The notes under the pieces are model-generated. The model had not been told where the DNA came from. It did no database searches and saw only the letters and a list, made by a program, of their open reading frames with translations. A stretch of 64,000 nucleotides of DNA from Thiocystis violascens (GTDB lineage Bacteria > Pseudomonadota > Gammaproteobacteria > Chromatiales > Chromatiaceae): assembly GCA_020721065.1 (NCBI GenBank), contig DYNM01000012.1, positions 15,842 through 79,841 on the forward strand, in the 5' to 3' direction. The stretch's first letter is position 1. Every line of letters begins with the position of its first letter. The position numbers were made by a program, and so were the translations under genes. Shown one piece after another: positions 30,113 through 41,569 of the stretch.

Positions 30113-31054
30113 ATGAGTGAAAATGAAAAGTGGTATAGCGATGAAATACGGAAAACCTTTTACAAAGAGCGTTATTCCACCACCAGTCATCACTATTTCT
30201 TTGAACTGAAAGAAGCAAAAAATGGCTCAAAATACATCGTTATTTCACAACGTAAAAAAGTCGGTGATGAATTTGTTGGCGTTAAGATGCGGATTTTTGC
30301 GGATGAAATGCTAGAATTTCAACGGATTCTTGATAAGTTTATTCAATCGACATTACCGCCGCACCGCGACACGCCAGACCCATTCAATCAACCACCAATC
30401 ATTACGCCATTTCCACAACCGCCGCCAATTTCAATGCCCGCACCCGCGCCAGTGTCAATACCAAACGTTGCCAGTGCAGGTGCATTCAATCCAGCTTTAT
30501 CGCAGCAAGGTTTGTTTGAAAAAGCGAAATCGCGTTTGCAACAATTGTGGGGGCGGACGCAGTCCAAAATGGCACCACAGGAATTACAACCGGTGTTTTT
30601 TGAAAAGCTCCTCGCTACCAACAATTGGCAGGAATTTGAGGAATATAGTTATTATTTGCTCAAGCTGTTAGGGATTCAGAATGTGCATCACTTTTTAGGA
30701 GAACGGCAGGCGGGACGTGCTGATGGTTTTTTGAAAACCGGGAATTTAGCGATTTTGTATGATTGCACTTTGCGTGCCGGGCTGGTGGAAGTGGATAAAC
30801 AGGAACAAATCAATAATTATTGTGCGCAGTTGCAGCGCGGAGTAATTGATCTGGCTGAGAATATCAAAGAGGAGTTTTATCAACATAAAAAACAGGTGTG
30901 GATTATTAGCAAAGGCTCCACGCGGTTAATTAAAATCGTCAATACAATTACTGTTAAAGAGGTTCACGTTGCTGATATTATTGCGCTTTATCAGGAACGC
31001 TTGTTGGGCAATATGAGCCAGCAGTTGTTAGAGACGCGCTTGGAGAATTTGTGA
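30113..31054 (+). CDS. PUR/DUF3276-like domain fused via a Pro-rich linker to a PD-(D/E)XK-like nuclease domain
   Basis: N-terminal YFFELKEAKNGSKYIVISQRKK...MRIFADEMLEF is PUR-repeat-like; C-terminal FEEYSYYLLKLLG...ADG...YDCT...QINNY is restriction-endonuclease-like. Assigned by eye. Confidence 0.62.
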   Translation: MSENEKWYSDEIRKTFYKERYSTTSHHYFFELKEAKNGSKYIVISQRKKVGDEFVGVKMRIFADEMLEFQRILDKFIQSTLPPHRDTPDPFNQPPIITPFPQPPPISMPAPAPVSIPNVASAGAFNPALSQQGLFEKAKSRLQQLWGRTQSKMAPQELQPVFFEKLLATNNWQEFEEYSYYLLKLLGIQNVHHFLGERQAGRADGFLKTGNLAILYDCTLRAGLVEVDKQEQINNYCAQLQRGVIDLAENIKEEFYQHKKQVWIISKGSTRLIKIVNTITVKEVHVADIIALYQERLLGNMSQQLLETRLENL

Positions 31055-31058
31055 GTAT

Positions 31059-31084
31059 TGCTGAGACGTATTGCCGTCTCAGCA
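31059..31084. terminator. Hairpin between convergent genes
   Basis: TGCTGAGACG-TATTGC-CGTCTCAGCA perfect 10-bp stem. Confidence 0.7.
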
Positions 31085-31097
31085 GGAATCACGAGAA

Positions 31098-32339
31098 TTA
31101 CACTTGCAATAACAAGCGCGCTGGGTCTTCTAACACATCTTTAATCGCCACTAAAAACTGCACTGCGTCGCGCCCGTCAATAATGCGATGATCGTAAGTC
31201 AGGGCTAAATACATCATCGGTGCAATCACGATCTCACCGTTTTCTACAATTGGGCGCTCTTGGATTTTGTGCATTCCTAAAATGGCGCTTTGCGGTGGAT
31301 TGAGAATTGGCGTGGATAAGAGTGAGCCAAAAACGCCGCCGTTGGTGATTGAAAAGGTGCCGCCCGTGAGTTCTTCAAAACTCAAACTGCCGTCTTTTGC
31401 TTTCTGACCAAATTGTGCAATACCGCGCTCAATATCTGCCATGTTTAATTGCTGGCAATTGCGCAAAATCGGCACCACTAATCCGCGTTCTGAACTCACG
31501 GCAATACCAAGATCGCAATAGTCGTGATAAATGATGTCATCGCCATCGACGCTGGCATTGAGAATTGGAAACTGCTGTAACGCGGCAACCGCTGCGGTCA
31601 CAAAAAACGACATAAATCCTAAACGCGCTCCATGTCGCGCTTCAAATTGCGTTTTATAGCGGTCGCGCAATCTGATTACCGCCCGTAAATTCACTTCATT
31701 AAACGTCGTTAATAATGCGGCTTGCTGTTGCGCCGTCACCATCCGCTCGGCAATTCGCGCTCGCAGCCGCGTCATTGGCACCCGTCGCTCAGGACGATCC
31801 GCCTCGCCACTGCGCTCCGGCGCAGCCATCTCCGGCAGCGGCTCCGTCAAGGTCAGCGCGTCAGGATCGCGTTCCGGCGCGGCGCGTTCGCGTTGATCCA
31901 GCCACGCGACAACATCCGCTTTGTGAATCCGCCCATCTTTGCCGCTGCCGCGAATGTGCTGCGGATCAAGGTTCATTTCTGCGATGAGGCGGCGGGCGGC
32001 GGGGGCGATCAAGTTGGCAGGCGAGTTGTCAGTTGGCGGTTGAGTGGTTGGCGACGCAGCGGCAGTTGTTTCACTGCTAACTGCCAACTTTTCCCCCTCC
32101 GCCAACTCCTCAATCCGCGCCAGCACCGCCTCCGCCTGCACCACGTCGCCAATCTGGGCGAGCTGCGCTGCGAGAACACCAGCCGCTGGTGCGGGCACCT
32201 CTAAAATGACTTTATCTGTTTCTAAATCAACAAGATTGTCGCCTTTGTGTACCATCTCGCCGGGCTGTTTGTGCCATGCCGCGACGGTGGCGTCAGCAAC
32301 CGATTCGGGCAAAATGGGAACGCGGACATCGTGACTCAT
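31098..32339 (-). CDS. sucB: 2-oxoglutarate dehydrogenase E2 (dihydrolipoamide succinyltransferase)
   Basis: Lipoyl [10 protein letters not shown]3-binding GSGKDGRI, catalytic DHRIIDG. Confidence 0.97.
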   Translation of the reverse strand: MSHDVRVPILPESVADATVAAWHKQPGEMVHKGDNLVDLETDKVILEVPAPAAGVLAAQLAQIGDVVQAEAVLARIEELAEGEKLAVSSETTAAASPTTQPPTDNSPANLIAPAARRLIAEMNLDPQHIRGSGKDGRIHKADVVAWLDQRERAAPERDPDALTLTEPLPEMAAPERSGEADRPERRVPMTRLRARIAERMVTAQQQAALLTTFNEVNLRAVIRLRDRYKTQFEARHGARLGFMSFFVTAAVAALQQFPILNASVDGDDIIYHDYCDLGIAVSSERGLVVPILRNCQQLNMADIERGIAQFGQKAKDGSLSFEELTGGTFSITNGGVFGSLLSTPILNPPQSAILGMHKIQERPIVENGEIVIAPMMYLALTYDHRIIDGRDAVQFLVAIKDVLEDPARLLLQV

Positions 32340-35221
32340 TGCGGTGGAATCCTTTTATTCATCATAGGGTTAAAGTGACCGGTCAGCGCCTCGGCGAGCA
32401 GACGCTCCTGTTGTTCAAGATGGGTGCTGCGATGCCCAACCGCTGGCGCAGCGGCCGCAGGGCGTCCGACATAATGCGGGCGCTTGCCAGCTTGGATGAG
32501 ATGGTGAAGGCGATGTTTGATCTGATCCCAAGCGCCTTGATTTTGCGCCTCTTCTTGGCACCAGATCACGTCGTGGGTCGCAGCGTATTGGTCAATCTGG
32601 TCAGCAAATGCCGCTTTTGGGAACGGATATAACTGCTCAATGCGCACGATGGCAACGTTGGTCAGACCTTGCGCCCGTCGCGCTTCCAGCAACTCGAAAT
32701 AGACCTTGCCGGAACAAAAAATCAGCCGCTCAATGCCCGCCGGATCAAGCGCATCCACTTCTGGCAGCACGGGTTGAAATTGCCCCTGCGCCAGCTCATC
32801 TAGCGCCGACACCGCCAATGGATGCCGCAGCAAACTTTTAGGCGTCATTACAATCAACGGCTTGCGATAATTGCGCAGCACTTGTCGGCGCAGCAGGTGG
32901 AATAGTTGCGCAGGCGTGGTCGGCGCACAGACTTGAATGTTGTGCTCGGCGCACAGTTGCAGAAATCGCTCCAGCCGCGCCGATGAATGCTCCGCGCCCT
33001 GTCCTTCCAAACCGTGCGGCAACAGCAGCACCAGCCCGCAATCCAAGCCCCATTTGCTGCCGCCGGAGGTGATGAATTGGTCAATCACCACCTGCGCTCC
33101 GTTGGCAAAATCACCAAATTGCGCTTCCCACAACGTCAGCGCGTGCGGCTCGGCAGTGGCAAATCCGTACTCATAACCGAGCACTGCCTCCTCCGACAAA
33201 ATTGAATCAATGGCGATAAACGCGCCCTGTTGCGGATGTAACCATTGCAGGGGCGTGAGCGCAGTGCCGGAGCGTTGATCGTGAAGGTTGGCATGGCGAT
33301 GGGAAAAGGTGCCGCGCCCTGCATCTTGCCCTGACAGCCGCACTGCGATTCCGTCATCCAACAAACTGGCATAGGCAAGCGTTTCCGCCATGCCCCAATT
33401 GAGCGGAATCTCACCCCGCCCCATGCGTCGCCGTTCGTGCCAGAGCGAGTCAACCAAAGGGTGCAGCACAAACGCCGGTGGCAGCCGCAGCAGCGCCTCG
33501 GTCAACTGGTGCAACTTGGTGAGCGGCACACCGGTGGGCACGTCTTGATCCCAATGCGTCCCCCGACAAAAGTCCCAACTGGCGCGATGCGGTTGATTCA
33601 ATCCACACAGCACCGGTCGCGCCATTACCACACCTTGGGCGATAGCGTCGCGGTAAGCCGTCACCAGCGCGTCTGCTGCCTCGCGTTCGATCACACCAGC
33701 AGCAATCAGGCGCTCGGCGTACACGGAGCGCGGCGTCGGATGTTGGCGGATTTTTTGATACATCAACGGCTGCGTCACCGCCGGTTCATCGGCTTCGTTG
33801 TGACCACGGCGGCGATAACAGACCAGATCAATCACCACGTCTTTATGAAACTGATTGCGGAAATCCAACGCCATCCGCGTCACAAAGATCACCGCTTCGG
33901 GATCATCGCCGTTGACGTGAAACACTGGCGCAGCCACCAATTTGCCCACATCGCTGCAATAGGCGCTGGAGCGTGCATCCAGCGGATGGCTGGTGGTGAA
34001 GCCGATTTGATTGTTGATGATGATGTGAACGGTGCCGCCGGTGTTGTAACTGCGCGTTTGTGACAGTTGCAGCGTTTCCATCACCACGCCCTGACCGGCA
34101 AACGCTGCATCGCCGTGAATCAACACCGGCAGCACCTGCTCACCGTTGCGATCACCGCGCCGCCGCTGCCGCGCCCGCACCGAGCCTTCAATCACCGGAT
34201 TGATGATTTCGAGATGGGACGGATTGAAGCCGAGCGCCAGATGCACTGCGCCGCCGGGCGTGTCTAAATCGGTGGCAAAACCCATGTGATATTTCACATC
34301 GCCTGCCAAGGTTTGACAGGCGCTGGCGCGAGTCACGCGCCCCTCAAATTCATCAAATATCTCCTGCGGTGGTTTGCCGAAGATGTTGGTGAGCACGTTG
34401 AGACGGCCGCGATGCGCCATGCCGATGACGATTTCCTGCTGACCGTTGCGCCCGGCGCGTTGGATCAGCTCGTCAAGCAACGGAATCAACGCATCGCCGC
34501 CTTCCAGCGAAAAGCGTTTTTGCCCGACAAAACGCTGGTGAAGATAGGTTTCAAAGCCTTCGGCAGCACTCAACAGTTTCAGCAGCCAGTGCCGATCAGC
34601 GGTGTCCAGCTCCGGCGTGGCGCGATAGCCCTCCAGCCGCTTCTGAATCCAGCGCCGTTCCAGCGTGGTGGTGATGTGGAGATATTCGGAGCCGACGGTG
34701 CCGCAATAGGTTTGCGCGACGATGGCGATGATCTCGCGCAGCGGCAGGCGGTCGGGCGCATACAGCGAGCCGGTATGAAACACGCGGTCAAGATCAGCGG
34801 GTTCTAAACCGTGATAAGCGGGATCGAGATCGACGATGTCTGGGGTGTCGCGCAATTTGATCGGATCAAGATTAGCGACCTGATGTCCGCGATAGCGATA
34901 GCCGGTAATCAGCGCGAGCACGGCAGATTGTTTTTCGGCGGCGCGAGCGGCAGCAGACGAGTTGGCAGTTGTCAGTTGGCGATTGTCAGTTGGCGGTTGC
35001 GACGCGAGACGGGCAGTCACTGCTGGCGCGGGGCGCAGCGCGTGAGTTGACGCGCCAGCACCACCTGCCAACTGCTCACTCAACGCATCAAACCGCTCCC
35101 GCCACAGCGGCTCAACGCTCGCCGGATCAGCGCGATAACGTTCATAAATGTCTTCAATAAATGCGGCGTTGTCGCCGTGCAGCGCCCCGGAAGCAGTGAA
35201 AAATTGCAGCATCGCAGTCAT
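32336..35221 (-). CDS. sucA: 2-oxoglutarate dehydrogenase E1
   Basis: [39 protein letters not shown]...EHSSAR. Confidence 0.97.
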   Translation of the reverse strand: MTAMLQFFTASGALHGDNAAFIEDIYERYRADPASVEPLWRERFDALSEQLAGGAGASTHALRPAPAVTARLASQPPTDNRQLTTANSSAAARAAEKQSAVLALITGYRYRGHQVANLDPIKLRDTPDIVDLDPAYHGLEPADLDRVFHTGSLYAPDRLPLREIIAIVAQTYCGTVGSEYLHITTTLERRWIQKRLEGYRATPELDTADRHWLLKLLSAAEGFETYLHQRFVGQKRFSLEGGDALIPLLDELIQRAGRNGQQEIVIGMAHRGRLNVLTNIFGKPPQEIFDEFEGRVTRASACQTLAGDVKYHMGFATDLDTPGGAVHLALGFNPSHLEIINPVIEGSVRARQRRRGDRNGEQVLPVLIHGDAAFAGQGVVMETLQLSQTRSYNTGGTVHIIINNQIGFTTSHPLDARSSAYCSDVGKLVAAPVFHVNGDDPEAVIFVTRMALDFRNQFHKDVVIDLVCYRRRGHNEADEPAVTQPLMYQKIRQHPTPRSVYAERLIAAGVIEREAADALVTAYRDAIAQGVVMARPVLCGLNQPHRASWDFCRGTHWDQDVPTGVPLTKLHQLTEALLRLPPAFVLHPLVDSLWHERRRMGRGEIPLNWGMAETLAYASLLDDGIAVRLSGQDAGRGTFSHRHANLHDQRSGTALTPLQWLHPQQGAFIAIDSILSEEAVLGYEYGFATAEPHALTLWEAQFGDFANGAQVVIDQFITSGGSKWGLDCGLVLLLPHGLEGQGAEHSSARLERFLQLCAEHNIQVCAPTTPAQLFHLLRRQVLRNYRKPLIVMTPKSLLRHPLAVSALDELAQGQFQPVLPEVDALDPAGIERLIFCSGKVYFELLEARRAQGLTNVAIVRIEQLYPFPKAAFADQIDQYAATHDVIWCQEEAQNQGAWDQIKHRLHHLIQAGKRPHYVGRPAAAAPAVGHRSTHLEQQERLLAEALTGHFNPMMNKRIPPQ
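34958..34999. repeat. Six tandem heptamers in frame in sucA
   Basis: CGAGTTG GCAGTTG TCAGTTG GCGATTG TCAGTTG GCGGTTG = 42 bp, encoding [14 protein letters not shown]. Confidence 0.8.
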
Positions 35222-35299
35222 GGTTTTGAGTTGGCAGGTGAGTGGTTAGATTTGTTCGTTTGTTTATTCGTTTCAATCCTTGTTGTATTGAACCAAGTT

Positions 35300-38200
35300 T
35301 TAATCCTTGTTGTATTGGATTTGGATTAATAATTGCTGCGCCGTATTCAGAGCCGGCACATAATCATAATTGTGCAGTTGTTGCTCCAGCCGCCGCGCTA
35401 GATCACCAAACGCCGCGATAAAAAGATCGTGCTCATTCTCAAACACCGTATTGGCATCGGTGTCGTCGCGGGCGAGTAACTGCACCAATTCCAGCACCAC
35501 CGCCCGTACCCGTTCCCAATCAATCTGCGGCGTGACAAGCGGCGCATCGGCAAGCATCAAGAGCGGCGTGGCGACGTGCGCAAACTCCGCCAGCGCGGCT
35601 GCTAATTCATTGATGCGGGAAGTTAAATTGTCGCCCGCGCCCTTGTGGGCAAACGGCAAATCAGGGGCATTGAGATGTTTTGCGCCGCGCTCCACCGCCG
35701 CCGCTAATTCCGCCAAGCGCGTCAAGCCCAGCGTTGCTGCCGCACCTTTCAACGCATGAGCCGTGTGGCGCACCGCGTCCAGCTCGTGCGCCGCCAACGC
35801 TGCCGCGAGTTGTTGACCATCAGCGGCGTGATTGTCGATAAATTGCCGCAGCAACCGCCGTAAACGCGGCACATCACCGCGCACACTGCGCAGTCCTTGC
35901 GCCACACTCAGCCCCGCGATGTCTTCTAACTCCGGCACTCGCGGCACCGGCACTGGCTGCGGCGCAATGGTGCTGACGATTGGCAAAAATTCTGGCTCAA
36001 ACTGCTGCACCGCCGCCGTCGGATCAGTCCGCGTCGGCGCCAGCCAACGCACCAAACTTTGATACAAGCGCGTCGGCTCCAACGGTTTGGCGACGTGATC
36101 GTTCATCCCCACCTGTAAACAACGCTGGCGATCTTCATCAAACGCATTGGCCGTCATCGCCAAAATCGGCACCTCGCTGTACGCGGGCAATTGTCGAATC
36201 GCCTGCGTTGCTGCCAGCCCGTCCAGCACCGGCATCTGAATATCCATTAAAATCAAATCGTAGCGCGTCACCTGCGCCATGTTCAGCGCCATCAAACCGT
36301 TATCCGCCAAACTCACCTGCATCCCCACCGCCTCCAGCAATTGACAGGTCACTTCTTGATTGATCGCGTTGTCTTCAACCAACAGCAACTGTGCGCCTTG
36401 TCGCCGTTCCAACTCGCGTGCGAGCGTGATCGGCATCTCCTGCGGTTCGCCGCTCGTGTGACGCTGCAACGCCGCCGCCAGCGCATCGTGCAGCACTGAC
36501 GGGGTGACGGGTTTGGTGAGAATGTGGGAGATGCCAGCGCGGGCGGCTTCATCTTGTGGCAGATGATCGCCGTAAGCCGTAACCATCAAGAACTCCGGCG
36601 GCGCAGTCAGCGCCAAGGCTTGCAGCTTGAGCGCGGTGTCGATGCCGTCCACGCTCGGCATCTTCCAGTCAATCATCAACAGTCGGAACGGATCACCAGC
36701 GCGGTCGGCCGCCAACACCGTTGCCAGTCCCGCCTCGCCAGATGCGGCGGTCTCCACTCGCATTCCCAACTCCTGCAACAAGCCAGCGAGGATGTCGCGG
36801 GCATCGGCGTGGTCATCAATCACCAACACGCGCATTCCGCGCCAAGGTGCGAGGGTCTGCTGACGTTCGGCGACGGTGGTGGCGGCGATGACAAGGGGAA
36901 TTTCTAACCAAAACAGGCTGCCATGTCCGGGTTGACTGGTCGCGCCGAGCTGGCCGCCCATCAATTCGGTCAAGCGTTTGCTGATCGCCAAGCCCAAGCC
37001 AGTGCCACCGAAACGGCGGGTGGTGGATTCATCGGCTTGTTCAAAGGCGCGAAAGAGGCGCTGCATCTGCGCGTCAGTGATGCCGATGCCGGAGTCTTGG
37101 ACTTCAAGGCGGAGGGTGACGGCAGACAAGTTGTCAGTTGGGGAATTTGAGGCAATAAGCCCGATCTCACTAATCCCCCCCTGCCCCCCTTTTCCAAAGG
37201 GGGGAGATGCTTCTGAGCCCCCCTTTTCCAAAGGTGGGTTGGGTGGATTTGGAGATGCTTCTGAGCCCCCCTTTGAAAAAGGGGGGTTGGGGGGATTTGA
37301 GATCAGCGGGTTGGGGGGATTTACCGCCCGCGCCCGAATCGCAATCCGCCCTCCCGTCTCCGTAAATTTCACTGCGTTGCTGACCAGATTGAGCAAAATC
37401 TGCCCCAGCCGCTTGCCATCGCCCCGCAGCAGCAGCGGCACCTGTTCCAAATCCACCACCACATCTAAATTCTTGTTGGCAATCTGATCTGCCAGCAGTT
37501 GGCACACATGATCAATCACCCGCGCCAGCTCAAAATCCTGCGCTTCCAGCGTCATCTTGCTGGCTTCGATTTTCGATAAGTCCAGAATATCGTTGATAAT
37601 TTGCAGCAGATGCCGCGCTGAAGTGGTGAGTTTATCGAGCTGATCGTGCTGGCGCGGCGTCAACGGATCGCGCCGCAGCAAATGCGCATAACCAATCACC
37701 GCATTCATCGGCGTGCGAATTTCGTGGCTCATGTTCGACAAGAAGGCGCTTTTTGCCTGATTTGCCGCTTCCGCCGCCGCCTTCGCCGTTTCCAATTCAG
37801 CCGTGCGCGACGCCACCACATCCTCCAAATGCAGCCGATAGTCTTCCAACTCATGGGCTGTGGCCACCCGCTCAGTGATGTCCTGCACAATGCCCATCCC
37901 AAACAGCCCACGACCGCTGGCATCAAATTCAACTTCCGCCCGCTCCTCAACCCAGCGCACGCGCTCACCCACCACAATCCGATGTGTCAGCCGATACGGT
38001 TTACCCAGCAACGCCTGATCCCAAGCCACCAGCACTGCCGGTCGATCATCGGGATGGACGCAGTTGATGAACACCTCCAGCGTCAACGGCGTTGCCCGCG
38101 TTAAGCCAAAGATGCGATAGGTTTCATCCGACCATTGCAGCCGATCCTGCACAATGTCGAGCCGCCAATGTCCGGTCTGCGACACCGCCTGCGCTCGATT

Positions 38201-39964
38201 CAAAAACAGCTCGCTCTCACGCAGCGCCCGCACCACCTCCAGCCGTTCCCGATGCAGCAACGCCATGCCCACTTGATCGGCAATCTGGCACCCAAACACC
38301 ACCTCATCCTCACACCAATGATGCGCCTGCCCCACTTGCTCAAAACACACCACTCCGCGTGGCAACCCGCCCGACATCACGCAGCAATCCAACATCGACA
38401 CGATGCCTAGCGGCTGCAAATACGTCTCTGCATAACCGGTGGTGCGCGGATCAGTCAGCGCGTCGCTGGCGTCCACATAACGATGTGCAATCAACCAGTC
38501 CAGCTCAACGCGATACGCAGCAAACGCCATCTGCATTCCTGCCGTGTGGCTTCCGCTTGTTAATTCATATAAATCAATGCACTCCAACTGCGTCAGCGCC
38601 GCATCAAACAACCACACCGACACCCGCGCCACCCGCAGCATTCGGCTTAAACACGCCGTGATCTCACGCGCAAATCCCACCACATCGCCGTTGATGCCCG
38701 ACTCAAAGTGGCTGATCTCATGGATTAAATGGGTGTGCAGTTCCAACCGCGCCGTTCGCGCCAGATGTTCGCGCTCGCGCTGCTTTTGCTCATCAATGTT
38801 GCGCCACACCGCCGACACCATCGGCTGCCCATCGTGATAGAGCGTGCGAAATGTGATCGCAACTTCTTGAATGGTGCCGTTTTTTGCGCGATGGCGGGTT
38901 TCAAAACCCGTGATCGTGCCGGCAAAAATCGCGTTGGTATTGCTGGCAATTTGTTCTGACGAGTGCTCGGCTTGAATATCTGGCACCGCCAGCGCCGCAA
39001 ATTCCTCGCGGCTATATCCCAAGCCTTCGTGTGCCGCCGTGTTGAATTGAATGAAGCGCTGCGTGTGCGGATTCAATAACACAATTGCATCCGTCGTCTG
39101 GCTAAACATCGTCTCCACCAATGTTTCATGTTCATGCAGCACTCGCGCTGCTTGGCGCCGATTGAGCACCTCCACGAGGCGAGACAACACCGCCTGCACC
39201 AAGCGCACCTTTTCGGGGACAAAACTCGGCATCCCCGGTGGACGCGGCGGCGCGTGGCGATACGCCAACGTCAAGCGCAACGGCTCGCCCAACTGGGTGT
39301 AATCCTCCATCGCCAACACCCAATCCGTCAGCGCAAAGCCGGGCGTGAGAGAATGATTGCCACCCCAATCCAGTCGCGCCGTCGCCAACTCCGGGTCTTG
39401 CAACCCGCCGCGCACCAACTCCAACACTTGCGGTAACAGCGTCGTGAGCGGCTGCGTCAACTCTTCTGACACGCGAAAGACTTCGTATAAACACCGCTGT
39501 TCTTTCACCCGCTCCGCGAGCAGTTGCTGCTCACAACGCAGCTGCGTTTCCGCCTGTTTCCGCGCCGTGATGTCCCGCACGATGACGATGCAGCCTTGCC
39601 CCGCCGGGAGTCGCCGCAGCCGCGCATCGAAATACCCCACGCCCTGCGGCAACGGCAGGCTGTACTCAAACACCACCAACTCATCCCGACTGAGTGCGTG
39701 CATCAGGTGCTGCTTGAATTGCGCGGCAATGTCGGGCGGCAACACTTCATCAAACCGGCGTCCGAGAAAAAATGCTGGCGGCACATACAGCGTTGACTGC
39801 TCGCGAGCGCGGTAATCCAACAGAGTGCCGTCGGCATCCACCAAAAAATACAGATCGGGAATCGTCAGGCTGACGTCCATCACCAGCGCCTGCAACGCCG
39901 CACGCCGACGAGCGATCTGCGCCAAATCAACGTCCGATAACATGGCAAGATCAGTCATTGACAC
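35300..39964 (-). CDS. Cytoplasmic hybrid histidine kinase (PAS/GAF-HisKA-HATPase-REC-REC-Hpt)
   Basis: Several PAS and GAF segments, [56 protein letters not shown]. Confidence 0.93.
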   Translation of the reverse strand: MSMTDLAMLSDVDLAQIARRRAALQALVMDVSLTIPDLYFLVDADGTLLDYRAREQSTLYVPPAFFLGRRFDEVLPPDIAAQFKQHLMHALSRDELVVFEYSLPLPQGVGYFDARLRRLPAGQGCIVIVRDITARKQAETQLRCEQQLLAERVKEQRCLYEVFRVSEELTQPLTTLLPQVLELVRGGLQDPELATARLDWGGNHSLTPGFALTDWVLAMEDYTQLGEPLRLTLAYRHAPPRPPGMPSFVPEKVRLVQAVLSRLVEVLNRRQAARVLHEHETLVETMFSQTTDAIVLLNPHTQRFIQFNTAAHEGLGYSREEFAALAVPDIQAEHSSEQIASNTNAIFAGTITGFETRHRAKNGTIQEVAITFRTLYHDGQPMVSAVWRNIDEQKQREREHLARTARLELHTHLIHEISHFESGINGDVVGFAREITACLSRMLRVARVSVWLFDAALTQLECIDLYELTSGSHTAGMQMAFAAYRVELDWLIAHRYVDASDALTDPRTTGYAETYLQPLGIVSMLDCCVMSGGLPRGVVCFEQVGQAHHWCEDEVVFGCQIADQVGMALLHRERLEVVRALRESELFLNRAQAVSQTGHWRLDIVQDRLQWSDETYRIFGLTRATPLTLEVFINCVHPDDRPAVLVAWDQALLGKPYRLTHRIVVGERVRWVEERAEVEFDASGRGLFGMGIVQDITERVATAHELEDYRLHLEDVVASRTAELETAKAAAEAANQAKSAFLSNMSHEIRTPMNAVIGYAHLLRRDPLTPRQHDQLDKLTTSARHLLQIINDILDLSKIEASKMTLEAQDFELARVIDHVCQLLADQIANKNLDVVVDLEQVPLLLRGDGKRLGQILLNLVSNAVKFTETGGRIAIRARAVNPPNPLISNPPNPPFSKGGSEASPNPPNPPLEKGGSEASPPFGKGGQGGISEIGLIASNSPTDNLSAVTLRLEVQDSGIGITDAQMQRLFRAFEQADESTTRRFGGTGLGLAISKRLTELMGGQLGATSQPGHGSLFWLEIPLVIAATTVAERQQTLAPWRGMRVLVIDDHADARDILAGLLQELGMRVETAASGEAGLATVLAADRAGDPFRLLMIDWKMPSVDGIDTALKLQALALTAPPEFLMVTAYGDHLPQDEAARAGISHILTKPVTPSVLHDALAAALQRHTSGEPQEMPITLARELERRQGAQLLLVEDNAINQEVTCQLLEAVGMQVSLADNGLMALNMAQVTRYDLILMDIQMPVLDGLAATQAIRQLPAYSEVPILAMTANAFDEDRQRCLQVGMNDHVAKPLEPTRLYQSLVRWLAPTRTDPTAAVQQFEPEFLPIVSTIAPQPVPVPRVPELEDIAGLSVAQGLRSVRGDVPRLRRLLRQFIDNHAADGQQLAAALAAHELDAVRHTAHALKGAAATLGLTRLAELAAAVERGAKHLNAPDLPFAHKGAGDNLTSRINELAAALAEFAHVATPLLMLADAPLVTPQIDWERVRAVVLELVQLLARDDTDANTVFENEHDLFIAAFGDLARRLEQQLHNYDYVPALNTAQQLLIQIQYNKD
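37129..37323. repeat. In-frame cluster of C6/G6 palindromic repeats plus a heptamer copy inside the HATPase domain
   Basis: Encodes [49 protein letters not shown]...SPTDNL; 48-bp internal periodicity. Confidence 0.88.
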
Positions 39965-39967
39965 CGC

Positions 39968-41113
39968 TCACACCGGGTCGCTGAACCGCTGCGCGACGTC
40001 TGCAAATTCGGCTTCAATGGCACTAAACGCCGTCACCAGCACCGGATCAAAATGACGTCCGGCTTGTTCACGGATGTAATGCGCCGCCGCCGCCGGTGTC
40101 CACGGTTCCTTGTAAACCCGTCGCATCGTCAGCGCGTCATACACATCCGCCAGTGCCATCAACCGCGCTGCTAATGGAATTGCCTCACCCGCCAAACCTT
40201 GCGGATAACCGCTGCCATCCCATTTTTCGTGATGACTCGCCGCTATCGCCTGCGCGACCTCCAAAATCGCCAACGCTTCCGGGCAAGCATCCGCTGCACT
40301 GCGTTGATTGAATTGCAATGATTTTTCAATCGCCCGTCGCAGCGCGTCCGCACCAAGCTGGCTGTGGGTCTGCATAATCGACCACTCCGAAGCATCGAGC
40401 TTGCCGGGTTTGAGCAAAATGCAGTCGGGAATCCCGATCTTGCCGATGTCATGCAGCGGTGCCGCTTTCACGATCCGCGCTAAGCGCGGTTCCGCCAACT
40501 GCGTCGCCAATTGCGGTTGATGCTGCTGCAACTGCCGTCCGAGCAGCTCAACATAAGTTTGGGTACGCAAAATGTGATTGCCTGTTTCATTGTCACGGGT
40601 TTCCGCCAACTCCAGCACCACGCTAAGGCTCACATCCTGAATCAACAGTGTTTCACGGGTACGCCGCGCCACTTCTAATTCCAGCCAATCGTTTTGCTGC
40701 GCCAGCCGATCTCGTGCCTGCTTGATTTCTAAATGACTGCGCACTCGCGCCAACATGATCGCCGGTCGCACCGGCTTGACCAGATAATCCACTGCGCCAA
40801 GCGCCAGCCCCTTTTCTTCATCAAGATCGTCACTCAACGCCGTGACAAAAATCACCGGAATATCCTGCGTTGCCACATCTTCACGCAGCCGACTCAACAC
40901 CTCATAACCGTCCATGCCCGGCATCATCACATCCAATAAAATCAAATCCGGGCGCGGGGCGGAATGCGCCGCCAGCAAGGCTTGCGCTCCTGTTTTGCAG
41001 GCGCGTACTTGATAGTTCGGACTGAGCAATTTGACAAAAATCGACAGATTGCTTGGCTCGTCATCAACGATTAGCAAGGTAAACGTTCGCATCGTAGGTT
41101 CAGCAAGTCTCAT
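39968..41113 (-). CDS. Response regulator with HD-GYP c-di-GMP phosphodiesterase domain (RpfG-like)
   Basis: [37 protein letters not shown]. Confidence 0.93.
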   Translation of the reverse strand: MRLAEPTMRTFTLLIVDDEPSNLSIFVKLLSPNYQVRACKTGAQALLAAHSAPRPDLILLDVMMPGMDGYEVLSRLREDVATQDIPVIFVTALSDDLDEEKGLALGAVDYLVKPVRPAIMLARVRSHLEIKQARDRLAQQNDWLELEVARRTRETLLIQDVSLSVVLELAETRDNETGNHILRTQTYVELLGRQLQQHQPQLATQLAEPRLARIVKAAPLHDIGKIGIPDCILLKPGKLDASEWSIMQTHSQLGADALRRAIEKSLQFNQRSAADACPEALAILEVAQAIAASHHEKWDGSGYPQGLAGEAIPLAARLMALADVYDALTMRRVYKEPWTPAAAAHYIREQAGRHFDPVLVTAFSAIEAEFADVAQRFSDPV

Positions 41114-41161
41114 CGCAGCACAAATTGTCTTAGCATAGGATTGGCGGGACGGCGCTGGACG

Positions 41162-41452
41162 TCAAACTGGATACTGGCGCTGCCACGCCGCCTGAGCTGC
41201 GCGAGCCGTCCGTACCAATTGCGACAACTCCGCCAAAGTGGGGCGTTCATGTTGCGCCAATCGTTGCTCCCAACTCTGGAGTTCCAACGCCAAAAACTCC
41301 AACAACTTTACCGCGCACTGCTGACAATCGCCGCTGCATTCCAGCGTCTGCGGTGCATCCAATGGAATGGCAGCACGAATCTCTGCAATCAATAACCGCA
41401 TCGCAGTGACACTATCGGGCTGACGCGATGACAAATGCGCTTGTGTCACCAT
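41162..41452 (-). CDS. Small Cys-motif hypothetical protein
   Basis: AMRLLIAEIRAAIP...CSGDCQQCAVKLLEFL...WEQRL; plausible codon usage and a CxxxCxxC motif. Confidence 0.6.
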   Translation of the reverse strand: MVTQAHLSSRQPDSVTAMRLLIAEIRAAIPLDAPQTLECSGDCQQCAVKLLEFLALELQSWEQRLAQHERPTLAELSQLVRTARAAQAAWQRQYPV

Positions 41453-41569
41453 GTGATGCGCTCCGAACTCAATAACCAATACAGCGGTTTTGACCAAAAA
41501 CCCTGTAATGTCGTCGAATCAAAAACGCAATTAGTTTCATAAACATTCCAATTTTGTTGACAAGCGATC

